A DNA stretch of 40,077 bases from Planctomycetota bacterium. Its GTDB lineage: Bacteria; Planctomycetota; SZUA-567; H5-PLA8. Positions 26,320 to 33,812 of this stretch are shown here, piece by piece; within the stretch, counting starts at the first letter, position 1, and each line of letters starts with the position of its first letter. The position numbers and the translations under genes are program-made. The notes under the pieces were generated by a model. The model had not been told where the DNA came from, ran no database searches, and saw only the letters and a list, made by a program, of their open reading frames with translations. The stretch is taken from contig BTVV01000051.1 in NCBI GenBank assembly GCA_045863855.1, positions 1 through 40,077 on the forward strand, read 5' to 3'.

Positions 26320-26356
26320 GCGCCGGCCCCTGAAAAGGGGCCGGCGCTTTTTTTTT
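26320..26356 (+). terminator. Rho-independent terminator
   Basis: GCGCCGGCCCCT-GAAA-AGGGGCCGGCGC followed by T9. Confidence 0.92.
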
Positions 26357-26477
26357 GACCTTCCGGCGGCCGGTTTTCCGGCGATTCCCGGCCGAAAAGT
26401 TAAAGATCAGCCCCTCCGACGCGTCCTTGGGTGGCTTCCGTTTTCCTTTTCCCCATGGCTGAAAGGCTCGCCCGCTC

Positions 26478-27830
26478 ATGGCCCACGCGTCCGCACCGAT
26501 TCCGGTTCCCGCGCTACCCTCCGAACCCGTCCAGCGCTTCACCGGTCCGCTGGCGCGCTTTCTGCATATCCAGGCCGCCAGCGGGATCGTGCTGCTTATT
26601 TTCACCGTCCTGGCGCTCTTCCTGGCCAACTCGCAATGGTCCGAGCCTTTTCTGGCGCTTTGGAAGACCAAGGTGGGGTTTACGTTCGGCTCGTTCGAGT
26701 TCACGCATTCGCTCAAGCATTGGATCAACGACGGGCTGATGACGATCTTCTTCTTCGTCGTGGGCCTGGAAGTGAAGCGCGAGATGGCGGTGGGCGAGTT
26801 GCGCGAGTTGCGCCAGGCTTCGCTGCCGATCGCGGCCGCGATCGGCGGAATGGTGGCGCCGGCGGGACTGTACCTGGCTTTTCAGGCGGGGGAACCGGGC
26901 GCGCGCGGCTGGGGTATCCCGATGGCGACGGATATCGCCTTCGTCGTCGGCTGTCTGGCTCTGCTGGGCGAGCGCGTTCCGCACGGCCTGCGCATCTTGA
27001 TGCTCTCGCTGGCCATCGTCGATGACATCGGCGCGATTCTGGTGATCGCGGTCGGATACAGCGGGGCGCTGAATCTGGTCGCGCTGGCTTTGGGCGGAGC
27101 GGGGATTGCCGGAGTGCTGGCCATGCAGCGATTGGGCGTGCGAAGCGTCGGCCTGTACTCGATCGTGGGCGTGGGGATCTGGTTCGCTTTCCACGAATCG
27201 GGGATTCACGCCACGATTGCCGGTGTGATTCTGGGGGTGCTGACGCCGGTGCGCAGTTGGGTCTCGCAAGGGCTTTGGACCGAGATGGCGTCGAGCGCCA
27301 TGAGCTTCCTGCGCGGGGAGGATGCGGCCGAAGCGCAGCGCCGGCAGGTGTTGGAACGCGTGGAGGCCGCTTCGCGCGAGTCGCGTTCGCCCCAGGAGCG
27401 CCTTGAAGGCATGCTGCATCCGTGGGTCAGTTTCGTGATCATGCCGCTCTTCGCCTTCGCCAACGCCGGCGTGCCGGTGCAGCTTGGCGCGTTCGGCGAA
27501 CCCATCGCGGTGGCCGTGATGGTGGGCTTGGGCGTGGGCAAGCCTCTGGGGGTCGTGCTGGCCTGCCTCCTGGCCGTGAAGCTGGGCATCGCGCGGCTTC
27601 CGGAACGCGTCACCTGGAGCGCCATCGTGGCCGGGGGGTTCCTGGCCGGGATCGGCTTCACCATGGCGCTCTTTATCGCGGGCTTGGCGCTGGACGCGGA
27701 GTTGCTCGACACGGCCAAGATCGGGATCCTGGGCGGCTCGGCGCTAAGCGCCGTGGTGGGGATGGTGCTGTTGGTGGCGGTGCTGCCGAAGCCGGCCGGC
27801 GCCGAAGCCGGACTTGCCCATTCTCAATGA
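26478..27830 (+). CDS. nhaA: Na+/H+ antiporter NhaA
   Basis: WINDGLMTIFFFVVGLEVKRE, GWGIPMATDIAF, LAIVDDIGAI, SGIHATIAGV, PLFAFANAG, GIGFTMALFI. Confidence 0.95.
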   Translation: MAHASAPIPVPALPSEPVQRFTGPLARFLHIQAASGIVLLIFTVLALFLANSQWSEPFLALWKTKVGFTFGSFEFTHSLKHWINDGLMTIFFFVVGLEVKREMAVGELRELRQASLPIAAAIGGMVAPAGLYLAFQAGEPGARGWGIPMATDIAFVVGCLALLGERVPHGLRILMLSLAIVDDIGAILVIAVGYSGALNLVALALGGAGIAGVLAMQRLGVRSVGLYSIVGVGIWFAFHESGIHATIAGVILGVLTPVRSWVSQGLWTEMASSAMSFLRGEDAAEAQRRQVLERVEAASRESRSPQERLEGMLHPWVSFVIMPLFAFANAGVPVQLGAFGEPIAVAVMVGLGVGKPLGVVLACLLAVKLGIARLPERVTWSAIVAGGFLAGIGFTMALFIAGLALDAELLDTAKIGILGGSALSAVVGMVLLVAVLPKPAGAEAGLAHSQ

Positions 27831-27872
27831 AAGGGGAGCGGCGGGCGCTCTCGTCCGCTTACCTGAAACTGT

Positions 27873-27916
27873 AGCCCCCGGACGAGGGCGTCCGGGGCTC
27901 CATCTCTTTCCGTTTT
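27873..27916 (+). terminator. Probable terminator after nhaA
   Basis: AGCCCCCGGACG-AGGG-CGTCCGGGGCT hairpin followed by a pyrimidine-rich tract. Confidence 0.5.
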
Positions 27917-27989
27917 GGCCATGCGAATCGAAAGGCACGGCTGCGCGGGTTGTGCGAAACGAAGCCGATCTAGTATTCTGGATCGATCT

Positions 27990-28619
27990 ATGTGGACCGA
28001 AACCGACGACCGATATTGGATCGAAGCCGAGACGCGGGTGCTGGGGAGCCTGGTGGAGCTCTCGGGCCGCGGCTTCGTGCTGGATTCCTGGCCGCTGCGC
28101 CGAGGCTGGACGGACGACCCGCGCATCCGTGTCCGCCCGGGGCTAGCCGAAGGACTGGAACGCGCCCGCGAGGCCCTACCGGCCGGGTTCAACTTCCGGA
28201 TCGTGGACGGCTGGCGGCCGTGGAGCATTCAGGAAAAGGCCGCCGAAGACGCACTGCAGCAGATCCGCAAGGCGCATCCCGATTGGACGGAAGAACGGAT
28301 TCAGCAGCGCCGCAGGGAGCTGGCGCCGCTCTCGCGCATCGTCTGCGGCTTCGACAGCCATCGCTACGGCGGCGCGGTGGATCTGGGCGTGCTCGACGAG
28401 AAGGGCCAGCGGCTCGATATGGGCGTCCCGATCGACCACTTCACCGGCCCGGAATGCGCGCTGCTGTGGTTCGAGTTGAAGGCGGACTTGACCGAAGCGG
28501 AGCGTGTTGCGCGCGAGCATCGCCGCATCCTGATCCGCGCGATGGGGGCGGGCGGCTTTCAGCCGTATTTGGCCGAGTGGTGGCATTGGAGTATGCGTAA
28601 AGATGTCGGCCCTGGCTAA
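27990..28619 (+). CDS. M15 family D-alanyl-D-alanine dipeptidase (VanX/DdpX-like)
   Basis: IVDGWRPWSIQ, SHRYGGAVDL, DMGVPID, EWWHWS zinc-peptidase motifs. Confidence 0.85.
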   Translation: MWTETDDRYWIEAETRVLGSLVELSGRGFVLDSWPLRRGWTDDPRIRVRPGLAEGLERAREALPAGFNFRIVDGWRPWSIQEKAAEDALQQIRKAHPDWTEERIQQRRRELAPLSRIVCGFDSHRYGGAVDLGVLDEKGQRLDMGVPIDHFTGPECALLWFELKADLTEAERVAREHRRILIRAMGAGGFQPYLAEWWHWSMRKDVGPG

Positions 28620-28630
28620 AGGAGACACGT

Positions 28631-28987
28631 ATGATACGCGGCGTGCACACGATGTTCTATTCGTCCAAGGCAGACGAGATGCGGGCCTTTCTGCGCGACA
28701 AACTGGGCTTTAAAAGCTTCGACGTCGGCGGCGGTTGGCTGATCTTCGAGATGCCAGAAGCAGATATGGGAGTCCATCCGGCCGAGACCGAGGAAGGCAA
28801 TAAGGCAGGTGAGCATTCAATCTCGTTCTACTGCGACGATATCGAAACCACCGTGACGGAATTGAAAGGAAGGGGTGTCGAATTCGTAGACGCCGTCCAG
28901 GACTTCGGCTATGGATTCGTCACGCACTTCAAGATGCCCGGCGGTGTAACCGTGCAGCTTTATCAGCCTAAGTATAGAAAGGCGTAG
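28631..28987 (+). CDS. VOC/glyoxalase (extradiol dioxygenase-like) family protein
   Basis: AAGGAG RBS; HTMFYS...FLRDKLG...GGGWLIF, ISFYCDDIE, QLYQPKY. Confidence 0.85.
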   Translation: MIRGVHTMFYSSKADEMRAFLRDKLGFKSFDVGGGWLIFEMPEADMGVHPAETEEGNKAGEHSISFYCDDIETTVTELKGRGVEFVDAVQDFGYGFVTHFKMPGGVTVQLYQPKYRKA

Positions 28988-29117
28988 CGCGAGCGTTGGC
29001 TGGTGGCCCTGTCACGCCTTCTCTTTCCGCGTACTTTTAGGAACGGCGCCATTGGCTGCGGGTGTAACCAACCCGTGCTTCAGCGTACGACGCTCGAGGA
29101 TCGTCGCGGACTTCGGT

Positions 29118-29288
29118 AGGCTGTGTGTTGCATGGGCGGTTCGCCGGACCCCTAGCGTTGGTCGAGTGGGCGTTGTTTGGATCGGGCGCGAAGAGCAGCC
29201 CAGTTTCTGGCGGTGAATGATTGAGCGGAGGCTTGAGGGTTAGCGGTCGGTGAGGGACGGAGCACGCCCACGGCGCTTGCTTCGAGGC
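29118..29288 (+). repeat. 171-bp direct repeat, copy 1 (body of a REP/REPIN-like element, about 29045-29297)
   Basis: Identical to 29869-30039 except one base (T29124 versus C29875); offset 751 bp. Confidence 0.95.
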
Positions 29289-29384
29289 GCCCGGCCACCT
29301 GCCTTTCCCTGAGTTTAGCGAACCTGTGAGGCCGGTGCAGGTGAGCTAAATAGGAATCCGGCTTCGAGGCTTTGCATACGTACG

Positions 29385-29720
29385 ATGTTCGCCGTCAGAT
29401 TAATCGCCATCGTTTGGCTACTTGGTGCGATCTACATTCTGGTGGCCAGTCGCCTCTCCCCTGGATTGTTTGGCACGATTACAATTGCCCTCGCGATTCC
29501 TGCGGGGATCGGCATCTTCGCTCGGCGGAGGTGGGCTGTTGTTCCGGCGGTGCTTCTGTGTGCAGCATGGGGAGTGTTTGCGATCTTGTTCATGGTAAAG
29601 GGTGCTGGGTTAACCCTGAATAATGTAGCTTTGCTTGTCTCGGCATTGGCGTGCGGAGTCATTGTCATTCATTGGCATCGCACAGGACGCGGATCCAACG
29701 TATGGATCGAGCAGCAATGA
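29385..29720 (+). CDS. Small hypothetical membrane protein (about 4 TM), cassette-like
   Basis: 111 aa, strongly hydrophobic, AT-richer codons; enclosed between the two 171-bp repeats. Confidence 0.6.
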   Translation: MFAVRLIAIVWLLGAIYILVASRLSPGLFGTITIALAIPAGIGIFARRRWAVVPAVLLCAAWGVFAILFMVKGAGLTLNNVALLVSALACGVIVIHWHRTGRGSNVWIEQQ

Positions 29721-29868
29721 AATGGCGCGACCGGCTGGAAATCCTGGCTGGTGGCTCGGGCAGCCCCTCTCGCCGCTCGTGAACGTGTCGCCCCTTCGGA
29801 TCTGGTGCCACGGGATGCGGCCGTTCGCAACCCTTGCGTCCACCGCACGAATGCTCCATGAACGTCGC

Positions 29869-30039
29869 AGGCTGCGTGTTGCATGGGCGGTTCGCCGGAC
29901 CCCTAGCGTTGGTCGAGTGGGCGTTGTTTGGATCGGGCGCGAAGAGCAGCCCAGTTTCTGGCGGTGAATGATTGAGCGGAGGCTTGAGGGTTAGCGGTCG
30001 GTGAGGGACGGAGCACGCCCACGGCGCTTGCTTCGAGGC
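29869..30039 (+). repeat. 171-bp direct repeat, copy 2 (body of a REP/REPIN-like element, about 29804-30044)
   Basis: Near-identical to 29118-29288. Confidence 0.95.
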
Positions 30040-30044
30040 ATTCG

Positions 30045-30233
30045 CTATGGGCTACCGGCCTTGGCGTTCTGCTCCAGCCGTTCGAGCCGGGCTTCCAGTG
30101 CGGCCAGGCGCCGTTCGAGTTCCTTTCTGCGCGTGCGATTGCGCAGCGCGGCGGCGATCCAGTCGGGAATATCGAAGGCGTGAACGATGAGCACGATGCC
30201 CAGCGTCCACGAAATCATTTCCAACGGAAACAT
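30045..30233 (-). CDS. Small hypothetical protein, single TM plus coiled coil
   Basis: GAGGAG RBS before ATG; hydrophobic N-terminus; LERRLAALEARLERLE heptads. Confidence 0.6.
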   Translation of the reverse strand: MFPLEMISWTLGIVLIVHAFDIPDWIAAALRNRTRRKELERRLAALEARLERLEQNAKAGSP

Positions 30234-30368
30234 GGGCTTCTCCTCTTACGCGACTGCGCGACAAGGTCACGTGATTGTGCGTGGCGAAACAATATACGAA
30301 GGCACGAACAAGGCTTTCAAGGAATTCGCTAAACTAGTGCGGGCTGCGGGTGCAGGCAAACGAGCGTT

Positions 30369-30425
30369 CCCAGGGTAGGCGCTCGCGCGCCCACCCTGGG
30401 CTTGGGTACACAACCCCTTCGGGGT
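30369..30425. repeat. REP-like palindromic element (CCCAGGG...CCCTGGGCT family)
   Basis: CCCAGGGT-AGGCGC-TCGC-GCGCC-C-ACCCTGGG hairpin plus ACCCC-TTC-GGGGT hairpin; related copy at 37454-37550. Confidence 0.7.
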
Positions 30426-30439
30426 GGCGCCGCCGCGGG

Positions 30440-31375
30440 TCAGACGCCCCACTTCCGGCGCGAGACTTCCAGCGGTTCGGTGGGCGTCTTACGCCAGGCG
30501 TAGTTCCCGGCGGGCTCGGCGCCGATCCAGCGCGGGTCCATCGGCTCGCTCGCCGGTTGCCAGCGCACGTCGGTGCTGAGGCGAAAGCGCGGGCCGCGGT
30601 TGGCGACCGCGCCGTGCATCGTGAACATCCCGAAGATCAGCACGTCGCCCATGCGGAACTCCGACGTCTGCCACTGCCCGCCGTAGCGCTGCACGATCTC
30701 TTGCGGATCGTGCGAGAAGAACGTCTCGATGTTGTCGCGGTCGGCGTCGGCGTTGCCGTACGTCTGGCGGACGCGTTCGTACGAAGGGAGCCGGTGCGAG
30801 CCGGCCAGCAGCGCCAGCGGCCCGTCGTCGAAGGTGAGATCGCCCAGCGGAATCCAGCACGTGAAGAGGCGCTCGCGCGTGCCGCGGCCCATGTAGACGA
30901 CGTCGTAGTGCGGGCTGGTGGCGTCGCCGCCGGCCACGGCGCGCAGCCACTTGTATTCGATGGTCACGGGCGCTTCGCCGAAGTACGCGGTCCAGAAGTT
31001 CGCGAGTTCGGGGCTTTCCACCGCGTTCAGGAAATCGGGCCGATGCGTCACTTCGCGGCGCCCGCCGAAGTATCCGCCCTTGGCGCCTTCGGCGCGGTAC
31101 CCGTCCATGAACGGGCGCGTGCGATCGACTTGGCCTTGGGCGTCGAGGTGTTCGAGGACGACGCGCCGCGCGGCTTCGATGCGTTCGCGCGCAATCAGCC
31201 CGCGCATCAGCAAGTAGCCGTCTTCGGCCATCCGTTCGCGCAGCGCCTGCGGATCGGCGCCGGCGGCGGGCGTTTCGCGCAGAAAGCCGAGTTCGTGGCC
31301 GTCGAGCGCCAGGTCGCGGCGCGCGAGGCGCAGGACTTTGGAGGGAGCGGCGGCGGGCGTTACGGTGGCGGGCAT
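30440..31375 (-). CDS. Phytanoyl-CoA dioxygenase (PhyH) family 2OG-Fe(II) dioxygenase
   Basis: AGGAG RBS; EDGYLLMRG, TSPHYD (HxD), CWIPLGD, LAGSH, GDVLIFGMFTMHG, RLSTDVRW. Confidence 0.9.
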   Translation of the reverse strand: MPATVTPAAAPSKVLRLARRDLALDGHELGFLRETPAAGADPQALRERMAEDGYLLMRGLIARERIEAARRVVLEHLDAQGQVDRTRPFMDGYRAEGAKGGYFGGRREVTHRPDFLNAVESPELANFWTAYFGEAPVTIEYKWLRAVAGGDATSPHYDVVYMGRGTRERLFTCWIPLGDLTFDDGPLALLAGSHRLPSYERVRQTYGNADADRDNIETFFSHDPQEIVQRYGGQWQTSEFRMGDVLIFGMFTMHGAVANRGPRFRLSTDVRWQPASEPMDPRWIGAEPAGNYAWRKTPTEPLEVSRRKWGV

Positions 31376-31472
31376 CGGGGCGTGCTCCTGGGGGGATAGG
31401 ATTATTGCTTCCACTTCACGGGCTTGCTTCAATCGTCGGAAGCCATTATTACCTGTGGGTCGATGAGCCGGA

Positions 31473-31507
31473 ATGGAGGCATTGCTTAGAGATATGGAAA
31501 AAATGCT
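31473..31507 (-). promoter_or_regulatory. Putative AraC-type tandem half-sites upstream of the second PhyH gene
   Basis: ATGGA-N5-TGCT repeated exactly 21 bp apart (31473-31486 and 31494-31507); candidate -10 within TAATAAT on the minus strand at 31451-31445. Confidence 0.55.
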
Positions 31508-32408
31508 CAAACCTCGACGCCGGCGGACCCGCCCGCCGCCGGTCCCGAACTTGGCTGCCGCCGAGGTTCCGCCCGAACGCGTCTCACGCTACGCCGTGCC
31601 CAGCCGCGCTCAGGAGCGTGTGGGGTTATGGGTCAGTTCCGTTGGCCGGCATGTGAACCAAGGGCCGCAGACGCACGTCCGCGGGCGCGTGATGGATTGC
31701 TACGCCGCGGTCTGGATCGCGCGCGGCGAAGGCTGGTACGAGAGCGCCGCCAGCGGCCGGCGCAAAGTGGGCGCGGATACGGTGATGTGCGTGGCGCCCG
31801 GGGTGGCGCACAGCTATTCGGCCGATCCCGCCGGCTGGGACGAGCATTGGGTCGTCTTCGGCGGGCGGCTGGCGGAGGAACTGGAGCGGCAAGGTTACTT
31901 TTCGGCGCGCACGCCGCTGATCGCCACCGGCGGCGATCCGCGGGTGGAAGGCTTGTTCGAACGGTTGCTGGCGACGTTTCTGCGCGGCGGGCCGCTGAGC
32001 GATGCGACGGCGGCGGCGATGATGCACGAGTTGCTGGTGGTGCTGCACGGGCTGGCGAGCGGGCTGGATCGCGTGGGCGCGGCGCCGAGTTCGCGGGTGG
32101 ACGACGCGCTGCGGCTGATCGAACGCGAAGCGCTGCGGGGACTTACCCCGGAAGGGCTGGCCGAGCGCTTGCACACGGGCTATTCGACGCTGCGGCGCGA
32201 GTTTCGCCGGAGCACGGGCGGGACGATCAAAGAGTACCTTTTGCGCGTCAAATTCAGGCGCGCGAAGGAGTTACTCGCGGCCGACGACTTGAACGTCGAG
32301 CAGGTGGCGCGGGCGTGCGGCTTCGAGGATCCGCTCTACTTTTCGCGTGCTTTTCACGCGCGCATCGGGCTGTGGCCGACGGAATTTCGGGCGAGCCAGC
32401 GGCGCTGA
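31503..32408 (+). CDS. AraC family transcriptional regulator
   Basis: Cupin (HSYSADPAGWDEHWVVFGG) plus HTH (VARACGFEDPLYFSRAF); start could be 31473, 31494 or 31503. Confidence 0.9.
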   Translation: MLKPRRRRTRPPPVPNLAAAEVPPERVSRYAVPSRAQERVGLWVSSVGRHVNQGPQTHVRGRVMDCYAAVWIARGEGWYESAASGRRKVGADTVMCVAPGVAHSYSADPAGWDEHWVVFGGRLAEELERQGYFSARTPLIATGGDPRVEGLFERLLATFLRGGPLSDATAAAMMHELLVVLHGLASGLDRVGAAPSSRVDDALRLIEREALRGLTPEGLAERLHTGYSTLRREFRRSTGGTIKEYLLRVKFRRAKELLAADDLNVEQVARACGFEDPLYFSRAFHARIGLWPTEFRASQRR

Positions 32409-32487
32409 CGGCCTTCCTTATAGAGGTAGGAACAAATCTCCGTGCGATCGCGGAATCGGCTGGCTGGCGGCGGTCGAACGGGGTATA

Positions 32488-32509
32488 TTAAGTGAACTAG
32501 TACACTTAA
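32488..32509. promoter_or_regulatory. Palindromic operator, probably for the downstream GntR-family regulator
   Basis: TTAAGTGAACTAGTACACTTAA: 22-bp palindrome with one mismatched pair, overlapping TATATT (-10-like, 32484-32489), 44 bp before the ATG. Confidence 0.65.
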
Positions 32510-32553
32510 AGATGGGTGGGGACTGGTTAAAGCTAGGGTGGATTGACCTTTAC

Positions 32554-33807
32554 ATGAGCACCAAGACCAAAGTGCCTGCGTACAAACCGCGCTTCGCGGA
32601 TGCGTTTTCGTGGTCGCTGGACCTGAAGCGCGACGATCCGGACGCGCCGCCGCTGGTGGAGCAGCTTCGCGAAGGGATTCGCGCGGTGATCCTCGCCGGG
32701 CGCTTGAAGCCCGGGCAGGCGTTGCTCCCGCAGCGGCAGTTGTGCAAACAACTGGGCTTGAACCAGGTGACGGTGACGCGCGCGCTGCAAGATCTGGTGC
32801 GCGATGGACTTCTGCGCAGCGAAAAAGGGCGCGGGCTTTTCGTGAGCGATCTACGCCCGCCGCGGCTCACGATTTTGTGCCGCAGCCGCTCGGTGCGGCA
32901 GGAGCCCGGGAGTTCGTATGCGCGGATCGTGAGCGCCGCGCTTAAACGCTTGGAGCGCCAGAACGTACGCGTGAGTTGGGTGGTCCGCGAACGCGGCACC
33001 GAGGGCGATCGCTTCGGTCCGGGGCTGGATCGCGTGAGCGCCGTGGATGCGGACGCGTTTTTGGCGGTGGGGATCCAGAACGAGGAGTACCTCGCGGCGG
33101 TGGTGGCGTTGGGCCGGCCGGTGGTGGCGCTGGATGCCGCGCCGACGACGGCGGAATTCGATGCGGTCGTGCAAGATACGTTCCGGGAAGGCTATCTGGC
33201 GACGCGGCGGCTGCTGGAGTTCGGGCACCGTTCGATTCTGTACTTGGGCGCGCATCGTGGGGAGCATCCGGCGCCGCTGAGTGCAGACGCGCGGATTCCG
33301 GAGCCCGACAGCTTCAAACGTGAAGCGGGTTATCGGTTTGCGTTGGCCGAGGCGGGCGTGGCGTATCGTCCCGAATGGAGCGTACAGCGCACGCAAAACG
33401 ACGCGGCGGCTCAGGCGCAGGTGGCGCAATTGCTGGCGCGCGGAGAAGTTACGGCGGCGGCGGCGTGGGGCTCCTGGGCCGCGTGGCTCGCGAAGCACGC
33501 GGCGATTCCCGAACGCTTGAGCTACGTAGGGTTTGGGCCGGCGGAGGCGCTGCCGAAGGCGACGTGTTTGGATGCCGACATTGAGGCGCTGGCGCGGGCG
33601 GTGGCGTTGCGTGTGCTGCGGCGCTTGCGGCGCGAAGAGCCGGAGGAAGGCGAGCGCCGGCCGGCCGCGCACGGCGTGCTTTCTACGGTAGCTCCTGTGT
33701 GGACCGAAGGTTCCAGCGTGAAGCGGATCGGCGAGGCGCCGGCAGTTTACCGCTACCACGCGCGGCAGCAGCAGGCCGAATTCAGCGAGAAAAACGCGGA
33801 GGAATAA
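32554..33807 (+). CDS. GntR-HTH / LacI-type periplasmic-binding-fold regulator (AraR-like)
   Basis: LKPGQALLPQRQLCKQLGLNQVTVTRALQDLVRDGLL..EKGRGLFV GntR wHTH; RPVVALD, GYLATRRLLEFGHRSI, REAGYRFAL effector domain. Confidence 0.88.
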   Translation: MSTKTKVPAYKPRFADAFSWSLDLKRDDPDAPPLVEQLREGIRAVILAGRLKPGQALLPQRQLCKQLGLNQVTVTRALQDLVRDGLLRSEKGRGLFVSDLRPPRLTILCRSRSVRQEPGSSYARIVSAALKRLERQNVRVSWVVRERGTEGDRFGPGLDRVSAVDADAFLAVGIQNEEYLAAVVALGRPVVALDAAPTTAEFDAVVQDTFREGYLATRRLLEFGHRSILYLGAHRGEHPAPLSADARIPEPDSFKREAGYRFALAEAGVAYRPEWSVQRTQNDAAAQAQVAQLLARGEVTAAAAWGSWAAWLAKHAAIPERLSYVGFGPAEALPKATCLDADIEALARAVALRVLRRLRREEPEEGERRPAAHGVLSTVAPVWTEGSSVKRIGEAPAVYRYHARQQQAEFSEKNAEE

Positions 33808-33812
33808 GATTC

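Noticed and set aside
27990..28619. Vancomycin resistance locus
   Set aside because: No vanH/vanA/vanR/vanS neighbours; lone M15 dipeptidases are widespread.
29118..30039. CRISPR array or IS/composite transposon
   Set aside because: Only two 171-bp copies with a 580-bp gap; no short regularly spaced repeats, no cas genes and no transposase ORF.
29635..30378. Short ORFs over the repeat (29635-29967, 30001-30183, 30187-30378)
   Set aside because: They run through non-coding repeat DNA or antisense to a better-supported small gene; no RBS or motifs.
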